A stretch of 64,000 nt of DNA from a virus, in IMG/VR virus record IMGVR_UViG_3300032242_000550, positions 91,160 to 155,159 of that record. One strand, written 5' to 3'. Both the position numbers and the translations under genes were made by a program. Below are positions 56,010 to 64,000 of the stretch, in pieces. The notes beneath the pieces are model-generated. The model was not told the DNA's origin, ran no database searches, and saw only the letters and a program-made list of their open reading frames with translations. The first letter of the stretch is position 1; each line of letters begins with the position of its first letter.

Positions 56010-58328
56010 ATGAAAATATACGTCACTAAAAGAAATGGGACAAAAGAGCCATTAATGTTAGAAAAATGGCAAGCGCAGGTGGCAAAAATATGTGTAGGGA
56101 TAGCAGATGTTAGCCCTTCAATGGTAGAAATAAAAAGTCAACTACACTTTTATGATGGTATTACAACACAACAAATTGATGAAATTACATTACGTGCAGT
56201 GGTTGATCTAATTGACGTAGAAAATAATCCTGATGTAGGACATACAAACTATCAATATGTAGCAGGTAAACAACGTATATCAATGTTGCGTAAAGATGTA
56301 TATGGCTCATATAGTGTTCCACATCTCTACGAAATTGTAAAGAAAAATGTAGCAACAGGTCTTTATACTAGTGAACTATTAGAATGGTATACTGAAGAAG
56401 ATTGGAACAAAATGAATGATATGCTAGATCATTCTAAGGATGAGCAATATAGTTATGCCGCCATTGAACAATTAATTGAAAAGTACTTGGTTAAGAACCG
56501 TAGTACTAAACAAACATATGAAACACCACAAATTAGATACATGGTTGCAGCCGCTACAGTCTTTCATAAGGAAGAACCTAATTCAGCGAGGATGCGATAT
56601 ATTAAAGAATACTACAATGCCGCAAGTGATGGCTTATTTACTCTTGCTACTCCTGTATTGGCTGGTCTCGGCACTCCTACTAAACAGTTTAGTAGTTGCG
56701 TCCTTATTCGCAGCGACGATGATCTTGATAGTATTTTTGCCAGCGGAGAAATGATGGCAAAGTATGCTAGCAAACGTGCTGGCATTGGCTTAGAGATTGG
56801 TAGATTACGCCCGCTTGGATCACCTATTCGTGGTGGCGAAATCATGCATACCGGTATGATTCCTTTCTTAAAGAAATGGTTTGGTGATCTACGTAGTTGT
56901 AGTCAAGGTGGCATTCGTAATGCAAGTGCTACTGTATTCTACCCAATCTGGCATCATCAGTTTGACGACCTAATTGTATTAAAGAACAATCAAGGTACAG
57001 ATGAAACACGTGTTCGCTTTATGGACTATGGTGTTGTACTAAGTGCTTTCTTCTGGAGACGTTTTAAGAACAAAGAAAATATTACATTCTTTGATCCCAA
57101 TGAAGTACCTGATTTATATGAAGCATTTTATTCAAACACAGAATTGTTTGAAGAACTATATGTGAAATATGAAAAGCGTAAAGACTTACGCAAGAAGTCA
57201 ATGAATGCCGAAGATGTATTTAAAGGTGGCATTCTTAAAGAACGTACAGATACAGGTCGTATCTATTTAGTTTTTGTTGACAACGTTATGAAACAAGGAC
57301 CATTTGATCCTGAATATCATACAATTTACCAGAGTAACTTATGCTGTGAGATTCTACTTCCTACTAAATCTTTTAAGCGCCTTGATGATGATAACGGTCG
57401 TATCGCACTATGTACGCTCGGATCTATTAACTTGGGTGCGTTCCGTAATCCTGAAGATATGCGCCGCGCTTGTCGTATTCTACATCGTAGCCTCAATAAT
57501 ATATTGGACTATCAAGACTTTTTGAGTATCCAATCTAAGTTGTCTAATGATGAGATTCGCCCATTGGGTATTGGTGTAACTAACTTAGCATACTGGCATG
57601 CAAAGCGTGGACTTAAGTATGGTGAGAAAGACGCACTACAAGAAGTTAAATCATGGATGGAACATCTATCATACTATCTTACTGAAGCAAGTGTAGAACT
57701 AGCACAAGAACGTGGTCGTTGCGCCCATAGTGATAAGACACGTTATGGTCAAGGTATATTCCCTTGGGAACTACGTGCTAAGGGTGTTAATGAATTAGCT
57801 AACTTTGAACCAGAACTAAACTGGGAAGGATTACGTGCTATGATGCGTAGTTATGGTGTACGTAATGCTACACAAATGGCTGTAGCTCCTGTAGAATCAA
57901 GTAGTGTAGTAATTAATTCTACAAATGGTATTGAAATGCCAATGAGTTTGATTAGTGTAAAAGAAAGTAAAGCAGGAAGTTTCGTACAAGTTGTTCCGGA
58001 ATATCATAAATTGAAAAACAAATATCAGTTGATGTGGGAACAAAAAGACTGTGATGGCTATTTAAAGACAGCGGCAGTGATTGCGGCTTATGTTGACCAA
58101 AGCATAAGTACTAATACATTCTACAATCCTGCACATTTCCCTGAACGTAAAGTACCAACAACATTGATTGCTAAGAACTTGATGCAAGCACATTATTATG
58201 GTCTTAAGACTTTCTATTACTCACTTATAAATAAAGCAGGTAGTAAAAGCCAAGATGAAACTGTATTAGATTTGCCAAGTGGCTTTAATGATATGGATGA
58301 AGAAGATTGCGAAAATTGTAAATTATAA
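56010..58328 (+). CDS. nrdA: Ribonucleotide reductase class Ia alpha subunit with N-terminal ATP cone
   Basis: YVTKRNG, ATPVLAG, FSSCVL, CSQGGIR, SNLCCEI, APVESSS, KTFYY, C-terminal CENC. Confidence 0.97.
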   Translation: MKIYVTKRNGTKEPLMLEKWQAQVAKICVGIADVSPSMVEIKSQLHFYDGITTQQIDEITLRAVVDLIDVENNPDVGHTNYQYVAGKQRISMLRKDVYGSYSVPHLYEIVKKNVATGLYTSELLEWYTEEDWNKMNDMLDHSKDEQYSYAAIEQLIEKYLVKNRSTKQTYETPQIRYMVAAATVFHKEEPNSARMRYIKEYYNAASDGLFTLATPVLAGLGTPTKQFSSCVLIRSDDDLDSIFASGEMMAKYASKRAGIGLEIGRLRPLGSPIRGGEIMHTGMIPFLKKWFGDLRSCSQGGIRNASATVFYPIWHHQFDDLIVLKNNQGTDETRVRFMDYGVVLSAFFWRRFKNKENITFFDPNEVPDLYEAFYSNTELFEELYVKYEKRKDLRKKSMNAEDVFKGGILKERTDTGRIYLVFVDNVMKQGPFDPEYHTIYQSNLCCEILLPTKSFKRLDDDNGRIALCTLGSINLGAFRNPEDMRRACRILHRSLNNILDYQDFLSIQSKLSNDEIRPLGIGVTNLAYWHAKRGLKYGEKDALQEVKSWMEHLSYYLTEASVELAQERGRCAHSDKTRYGQGIFPWELRAKGVNELANFEPELNWEGLRAMMRSYGVRNATQMAVAPVESSSVVINSTNGIEMPMSLISVKESKAGSFVQVVPEYHKLKNKYQLMWEQKDCDGYLKTAAVIAAYVDQSISTNTFYNPAHFPERKVPTTLIAKNLMQAHYYGLKTFYYSLINKAGSKSQDETVLDLPSGFNDMDEEDCENCKL

Positions 58329-58978
58329 TGTTAGAAACAATATGTGATATTATGGTTGACGCTTATAAGCGTAATTGGATTACCAGTCGTGATGGCAATG
58401 TAAGTATTCGTCACCACGACCGTGACCACTTTTACATTACACCTTCAGGTGTACGTAAGCAAACATTACAACCCGATCAGTTCAAAAAAATTAAACTAAT
58501 AGATAAAATTAATACAGTTCCGCCGTTTTTAACAAAATCCTGGTGTGAAGAATTTTATACAGACATTAGTGCTAATTTAAAACCAAGTGGTGAGATCCCA
58601 CTACATTTTGGATTACAAAAGAATATGGGACAGCATAGCGGTGATGTTCGTGTAGTTGTACATGTACACCCTACATATTGTATTGCTGCCATGCATGCCG
58701 GTATTGATCTAAGTAACATTAGTAATGCCTTCCCAGAACTTAATCGTTATACAAAGGTAGCACCTAACGTAGGAGATGTCCCTCCTATTAGTCAAGAACT
58801 TGCAGACCGTTGCCATGAGAATCTACAATTAGATGATTACGGAAATATTGCCTATGATATTGTAGGCATCAAAGGACATGGAGTAGTAGCTATTGATACT
58901 AGTCCATGGCGAGCCTATGAACATATAGAACGCCTCGAACATATTTGCAAGATAGTACTTGCTTCAGGAAATTATTAA
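58328..58978 (+). CDS. Class II aldolase/adducin family protein
   Basis: DGNVSIR, ITPSG, PSGEIPLH, VVHVHP, KGHGVV. Confidence 0.9.
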   Translation: MLETICDIMVDAYKRNWITSRDGNVSIRHHDRDHFYITPSGVRKQTLQPDQFKKIKLIDKINTVPPFLTKSWCEEFYTDISANLKPSGEIPLHFGLQKNMGQHSGDVRVVVHVHPTYCIAAMHAGIDLSNISNAFPELNRYTKVAPNVGDVPPISQELADRCHENLQLDDYGNIAYDIVGIKGHGVVAIDTSPWRAYEHIERLEHICKIVLASGNY

Positions 58979-58979
58979 A

Positions 58980-60080
58980 ATGTCAAAACAACAATACAAC
59001 CTACACACTAAGACAGATTATTTGAATAGAAAAATGTTTTTGGACCCGGAAGGTCCCGTAACCATTCAAAGATTTGAAGAAGTAAAATACAAAAAGATTG
59101 CAGACTTTGAAACAACAGCACGTGGATTCTTTTGGGTACCAGAAGAAGTATCATTAACTAAAGATGCTAATGATTTTAAAGAAGCCAGCGATGCAGTAAA
59201 ACATATCTTTACTAGTAACCTATTACGACAAACAGCATTAGATAGTCTACAAGGTCGCGGCCCTAGTCAAGTGTTTGCTCCTGTTATTAGTTTACCTGAA
59301 CTAGAAGCATTAGTATATAACTGGACATTCTTTGAAACAAATATTCATAGTCGTAGTTACAGTCACATCATTCGTAACATCTATAATGTACCTAAAGAGG
59401 TATTCAATACTATACATGATACAAAAGAAATTGTAGACATGGCAAGTAGTGTTGGAAGATATTATGATGAACTACATAAAGTTAATTGTCGTAAAGAGTT
59501 AGGTGAAACTATTAATGAAAAAGAACATATCAAAGCTATCTACATGGCTTTACATGCTAGTTATGCATTAGAAGCGTTTAGATTTATGGTAAGTTTTGCT
59601 ACAAGTTTAGCAATGGTTGAGAACAAAATCTTTATTGGTAATGGAAACATTATCAGTTTGATTTTACAAGATGAGTTATTACATAAAGGCTGGACTGGTT
59701 ATATTATTAATCAAGTAGTAAAAGAAGATAGCCGTTTTGCACAAGTTAAATCTGAGTGTGAGGCTGAAGTCTATCAGCTTTATATGGATGTTATCCGTGA
59801 AGAAAAAGAATGGGCAGACTATCTTTTTAAGATGGGTCCAGTCATTGGATTAAATGCCACAGTATTAAAAGACTTTGTAGATTACACAGCTAATGATGCA
59901 TTGAAAGCTATTGGAATCAGATATAATAATCCTGCACCAAAGACTACACCTATTCCGTGGTTTAACAAGCATAGCGATACAAGTAAGAAGCAAACGGCCT
60001 TGCAGGAAAATGAATCAACTAATTATGTTATCGGTGTTATGTCTGATAATATTGATTACGAAGAACTACCAAACATTTAA
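58980..60080 (+). CDS. nrdB: Ribonucleotide reductase class Ia beta subunit
   Basis: Start at ATG 58980; FWVPEEV, LDSLQG, ETNIHSRSY, LEAFRF, DELLH, QENESTNY. Confidence 0.96.
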   Translation: MSKQQYNLHTKTDYLNRKMFLDPEGPVTIQRFEEVKYKKIADFETTARGFFWVPEEVSLTKDANDFKEASDAVKHIFTSNLLRQTALDSLQGRGPSQVFAPVISLPELEALVYNWTFFETNIHSRSYSHIIRNIYNVPKEVFNTIHDTKEIVDMASSVGRYYDELHKVNCRKELGETINEKEHIKAIYMALHASYALEAFRFMVSFATSLAMVENKIFIGNGNIISLILQDELLHKGWTGYIINQVVKEDSRFAQVKSECEAEVYQLYMDVIREEKEWADYLFKMGPVIGLNATVLKDFVDYTANDALKAIGIRYNNPAPKTTPIPWFNKHSDTSKKQTALQENESTNYVIGVMSDNIDYEELPNI

Positions 60081-60093
60081 AAGGAGAATAAAA

Positions 60094-60324
60094 ATGAAAG
60101 CAACCGTATGGAGTAAATATCATTGCCCTTATTGCGATCAAGCAAAATCATTACTAACACAAAAGGGTATAGAGTTTGAAGAAAAGAAAATCGGAGATGG
60201 GTATACAAGGGAAGACTTATTAGAAGCTATACCCACAGCACGTACAGTACCACAAATCTTTTTAGATGATGAATTGATTGGTGGATTTACAGAATTAAAA
60301 GCAAAACTAACAGAAAGTAACTAA
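60094..60324 (+). CDS. Glutaredoxin
   Basis: Start at ATG 60094 after AGGAG; CPYC, TVPQIF, IGGF. Confidence 0.93.
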   Translation: MKATVWSKYHCPYCDQAKSLLTQKGIEFEEKKIGDGYTREDLLEAIPTARTVPQIFLDDELIGGFTELKAKLTESN

Positions 60325-60629
60325 TGCAACTAGTATTAACAAAAAACACAGTATATACATTTAAGCTTAATTCCGGAGAGGAATTAATTGCTAAAGTAAT
60401 TCAATCGGGCGGGGAGTTTATTGAAATTGAAGAACCGGTATCTATTGCCCCTTCACAACAGGGTATGCAAATGATCCCAAGTATCTTTACCGCAAATCCT
60501 AAGGGTGAATTTAGACTAAATAGTAATAGTGTTGTAATGTATGCAGAAACTGATGACAACATTAAAGACAAGTACCTAGAAGCAACAACTGGCATTAAGG
60601 TACCTAGTAAGAAAATCGTATTGGGATAA
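60324..60629 (+). CDS. Conserved phage protein with probable Sm-like fold
   Basis: TFKLNSGEELIAKV...Y..ATTGIKVP pattern seen in T4-like phages. Confidence 0.55.
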   Translation: MQLVLTKNTVYTFKLNSGEELIAKVIQSGGEFIEIEEPVSIAPSQQGMQMIPSIFTANPKGEFRLNSNSVVMYAETDDNIKDKYLEATTGIKVPSKKIVLG

Positions 60630-60630
60630 A

Positions 60631-60918
60631 ATGGCAAAACTAAGTCGTGTGGGTGATACTAATCAAGAGGGCGGTGCTATTATGCACGGAGCCAATACAG
60701 TATTTGCCAATGGTATAAAAGTTGGACTACATGTTAGTCAGATTACACCACACGCGCCATGGAGAAAACATAGAACACATGCCCCACATCAGGCGGCAAC
60801 AACTACAGATGGTAGTCCTACTGTTTTTTGTGAAGGTGTACCAGTACTTAGAGTAGGATCAGGAAACACTTGCGGTCATAGTATTGTTCAAGGTAGTCCT
60901 GATATATTTGTACCATGA
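60631..60918 (+). CDS. PAAR-domain spike tip protein (T4 gp5.4-like)
   Basis: RVGD, TVFANG, ITPH, GSPTVFCEG.PV.RVG...CGH...GSPDIFV. Confidence 0.9.
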   Translation: MAKLSRVGDTNQEGGAIMHGANTVFANGIKVGLHVSQITPHAPWRKHRTHAPHQAATTTDGSPTVFCEGVPVLRVGSGNTCGHSIVQGSPDIFVP

Positions 60919-62000
60919 GTAGCACGGGAAAACAAAGTCCATTAGGTGTTAACGCATTAAGTTCATTATTGCAAAATATTGGATTTAATATTAACCCTAC
61001 TATGGTTAATTATTTTGGTAGTAGTACAAGCAATACGTCATATACATTGGGCACTATTGTTAGTAGTAATAGTTTATTTTGGCTGACATATGCTATCAAT
61101 GATGCATATACTAGAGGACATGTTGATAGTACAACTTATAACAATTTAATAAAAATTGGTTCTACAACTATTCCTGCATTAGGTAATAGTCCTCCATCAA
61201 CATATAATTATAGTGGATATCCTAATTGGGCTAGTAACTATACATATACTAATCCAGTAACACAATGGGGATATATTAGATTATTTGCATTACAGGGATA
61301 CAACGAATTTAATTATAATAGTGGTCTATCAGCCGATAGTGGTGCTTATAAAGATTTCTTAACTAGTTTTATGACAGCATACAGTTTCATTGAATATAGT
61401 AATGAAAATATTTTGTCGGTAAAGAATTCAGAAACTTTCTTAGATGGTACATATAGTAATATGGATGATCTAATTACAGCCGATGTTACTGGTGTAAGTG
61501 TAGCAACTAATATATTTGGACAAGATTTAATTACTAGTGGTAAGGCAGTAAATTTACAAAATATTGCAACGTTTGGTTTACCTAGTAATTTATTATCAAC
61601 ATTACAGAAAAATAATGCAATTACTAAATCAGTAAGTTTAGCATTGATCGCTAGTGGTATATCAGTATCAGAATTAAATGATATATTAGGTAGTACAGTA
61701 GCAGTAACTAAAGAACAAGAACGTAAGATATACGGAGCTTTTGGTATTATCTTAGGACAAGACTTAAAAGATATATTAATATCACTTAACTGTAAAACAG
61801 TGGGATTAGAATCATTAGCTGATTTATTAAATCCAATCAAACTATTCCCTAACAGTTATCAATCATTGACAGTACCAATATATAATACAGTGGGTGGAAA
61901 TGCTAATAGTAAAATATATTATCCTATATATAGTAATGATGGACTGAATAGTCAATTAAGAACTCCTACTGTAGTACAACAAACCGGGGTAGTATCATAA
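60915..62000 (+). CDS. Hypothetical structural protein (baseplate/tail region)
   Basis: Translationally coupled to PAAR (ATGA); no recognisable motif. Confidence 0.5.
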   Translation: MSSTGKQSPLGVNALSSLLQNIGFNINPTMVNYFGSSTSNTSYTLGTIVSSNSLFWLTYAINDAYTRGHVDSTTYNNLIKIGSTTIPALGNSPPSTYNYSGYPNWASNYTYTNPVTQWGYIRLFALQGYNEFNYNSGLSADSGAYKDFLTSFMTAYSFIEYSNENILSVKNSETFLDGTYSNMDDLITADVTGVSVATNIFGQDLITSGKAVNLQNIATFGLPSNLLSTLQKNNAITKSVSLALIASGISVSELNDILGSTVAVTKEQERKIYGAFGIILGQDLKDILISLNCKTVGLESLADLLNPIKLFPNSYQSLTVPIYNTVGGNANSKIYYPIYSNDGLNSQLRTPTVVQQTGVVS

Positions 62001-63550
62001 TGGCAGGCTTCTTTGACAATTTTAGATTAAGTTCTGTTGAACAAAACACATCTGACGATAATGGTTCTGCACCAAGTGCGGCATATGCAACTGCTAATAA
62101 TAGTATACCTAATGTAACACCTAGTACTGAACCAATACCAGCTCAAGGTGCTCAAACAAATACAGTTACAATACAAGCTATACCTGAAGGATTTGGTTCA
62201 TATTTAGATGGTATATTACCTCCTGATATTGCTAAAGCAGCCGGCGCATTTAGTGTAGCAATGCAACAGATTAAAAACATTTCAAATATACCTGTTGAAA
62301 AGTTTGCACAAGTAGCTACTAATTTAGAAACAACTAAAGGATTAAACGTTAACGGTTCTAGTGTTCCTACAGATACATCATTAGCAAGTCAAGGATTAGC
62401 ACTAATTGCATTGGGTAATGGACCATATGGTACATATACAATGAGTAACTTTTTAGGATGTATGAGCGGATTACCTTATGTTGGTATAAATCTTGCATCA
62501 CTTATTCAACAAGTAGAGACTACTACATTATCTGATATTTACAAAAATTTATATCTAGCAGTAACTTGGGAACAAGCAACCGCTACATTTGATGGTTCAA
62601 CATTCACTTATACTAATAGAGGTGGTGGTTATGGTAGAGGGTCAACATTACCTACAGTAACTGTAGATGGAAATCCAGCAGTTGTTTCAATAGGAACGGA
62701 TCCTACTAATATAACTACTTTTGGAAGAATTATAGCTATAATCTATACTGGTTCAGCAGGTAGTGTTGTAATAGATAGTCCACCTGGCGCAGGATGGCTC
62801 GGCATGAATACAGTTATACAAAGTTATATAGATGCAGCCAATATAGAAATACTATCAATACAAAATTCTAAACCTGAATTAGTGCAACAATTGAATACCA
62901 ATTGGAATGATACAGGTGTATTTCTAGCAACAGAACAACGTGCAATAGGTTTAGGGTTAACCGTTGGCGTACCTACTAGTTCTCCGGATCATGAAAGAGA
63001 ACCTGCTATTGCGTCATACCCTACAACACAGTATTCATTTATTGATAGTATTCCTCGCTATGCAATGTTTACTCAACCACACATGTATTCACAAACACTA
63101 GAAGCAATTGCAAACTATGATACTGTTGGTGGTAGAAGTATTGTAGCAATGTTACGTCAAGAACGTAATCAAAATAGATTGCAAGAAGCAGGTATCCCAT
63201 TAGATAACAATATAGATAGTACATTAACTAAACAACAAGAAACAGAATTAATTGCTAACGGTGTATTGGGTGGTAGTGTGCCAGCAACACTAGTAACAGC
63301 TATAGGATCACCTAACTCAGCTGGATATTATAATCCAACAGATGATCGTTACTATAGTAATGGTGTAGCAATAGATAATGGTCAAGCAGATGAGCCAGGC
63401 AGTTTTGCTGGTTCAAGATATCAGAATTTAATAAGCCCTCAACTTTCAGTAGTATATACAAGTGATGTGTTACTACCAGCAACATATTCTATACCAGAAG
63501 CAATTAACGAAGTAATTCGTTGTAATTGTGACTGTTGGGCTAATATTTAG
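62000..63550 (+). CDS. Hypothetical structural protein (baseplate/tail region)
   Basis: TAATG coupling; contains a NRGGGYG...PTVTV motif and C-terminal CNCDCW. Confidence 0.5.
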   Translation: MAGFFDNFRLSSVEQNTSDDNGSAPSAAYATANNSIPNVTPSTEPIPAQGAQTNTVTIQAIPEGFGSYLDGILPPDIAKAAGAFSVAMQQIKNISNIPVEKFAQVATNLETTKGLNVNGSSVPTDTSLASQGLALIALGNGPYGTYTMSNFLGCMSGLPYVGINLASLIQQVETTTLSDIYKNLYLAVTWEQATATFDGSTFTYTNRGGGYGRGSTLPTVTVDGNPAVVSIGTDPTNITTFGRIIAIIYTGSAGSVVIDSPPGAGWLGMNTVIQSYIDAANIEILSIQNSKPELVQQLNTNWNDTGVFLATEQRAIGLGLTVGVPTSSPDHEREPAIASYPTTQYSFIDSIPRYAMFTQPHMYSQTLEAIANYDTVGGRSIVAMLRQERNQNRLQEAGIPLDNNIDSTLTKQQETELIANGVLGGSVPATLVTAIGSPNSAGYYNPTDDRYYSNGVAIDNGQADEPGSFAGSRYQNLISPQLSVVYTSDVLLPATYSIPEAINEVIRCNCDCWANI

Positions 63551-63562
63551 TATTCACATACT

Positions 63563-64000
63563 ATGAATATAATCCAACCTATTAAAGTTATTACCTCATT
63601 TGTATTTTTGTTATTGGTTATGTTTATATCAGATACATCTATAATAGAAACAAAAAATGATGTACCTGAACAGAAAGTTGCAAAAACTGTAGATCCTAAA
63701 CAACTAAAATGTTTAGCAATGAATATATTTTATGAAGCGGGTAATGAATCATTAAATGGACAAGCGGCAGTGGCACGTGTAGTAATGAATCGTATTGCAT
63801 ATGGGTTTGGTAATAATCCCTGTGCTGTAGTATATCAAACAACACAGGTAGATAAAATAGTAGATGATGAGTTACAGAAAGTAAAACAATGTCAGTTTAG
63901 TTGGGTTTGTGAGGGTAAGGGTGATCCTAACAAAAACAATATAAAATATAAACAAGCTGAACAAATAGCATATGATGTGTTAGCATATGACTCATATAAT
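63563..64000 (+). CDS. SleB/Hydrolase_2-like cell wall hydrolase with N-terminal hydrophobic segment; truncated by the window end (not in ORF track)
   Basis: LKCLAMNIFYEAGNESLNGQAAVARVVMNR...CAVVYQ...CQFSWVC. Confidence 0.88.
   Translation, partial: MNIIQPIKVITSFVFLLLVMFISDTSIIETKNDVPEQKVAKTVDPKQLKCLAMNIFYEAGNESLNGQAAVARVVMNRIAYGFGNNPCAVVYQTTQVDKIVDDELQKVKQCQFSWVCEGKGDPNKNNIKYKQAEQIAYDVLAYDSYN

Noticed and set aside
56010-60080. Introns or inteins in nrdA/nrdB
   Set aside because: Both ORFs are continuous and of normal class Ia length with all motifs in order
1-64000. tRNA/rRNA genes or stop-codon reassignment
   Set aside because: No cloverleaf or rRNA-like segment was seen in the short intergenic gaps; genes are full length under the standard code, with TAA, TGA and TAG all used as stops

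Overview
This window is a 64-kb, AT-rich, almost entirely plus-strand late/structural region of a large T4-like myophage; no host genes, rRNA, tRNA or CRISPR array were seen. Order: (1) head module: portal C-terminus, core proteins, gp21 protease, gp22 scaffold and gp23 major capsid, followed by a free-standing HNH/NUMOD3 homing endonuclease; (2) an array of six-bladed Kelch-like beta-propeller paralogs with partner proteins (5.6-12.7 kb); (3) about 32 kb of very long Asn/Gly/Thr-rich fibre genes plus LamG and beta-helix adhesins; (4) a modification island interleaved with a second propeller family, containing two glycosyltransferases, two 2OG-Fe(II) oxygenases, a sulfotransferase and an APS-kinase/HxGH fusion; (5) nrdA, class II aldolase, nrdB, glutaredoxin, an Sm-like protein, PAAR, two probable baseplate-region proteins and a truncated SleB-like cell wall hydrolase. 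The best candidate for an undescribed system is a modular display repertoire. Ten genes share one N-terminal hexapeptide-repeat tag plus a short, mostly poly-Pro linker, joined to interchangeable heads: nine Kelch-like propellers in two families (54 blades whose variation sits in the two predicted ligand-face loops) and one Gly-rich head. Each propeller family has its own copy of a remotely homologous coiled-coil partner. The DNA shows signs of blade shuffling, head swapping and cassette deletion, with no reverse transcriptase or recombinase in the window. All family assignments come from motif recognition by eye; no database search was run.
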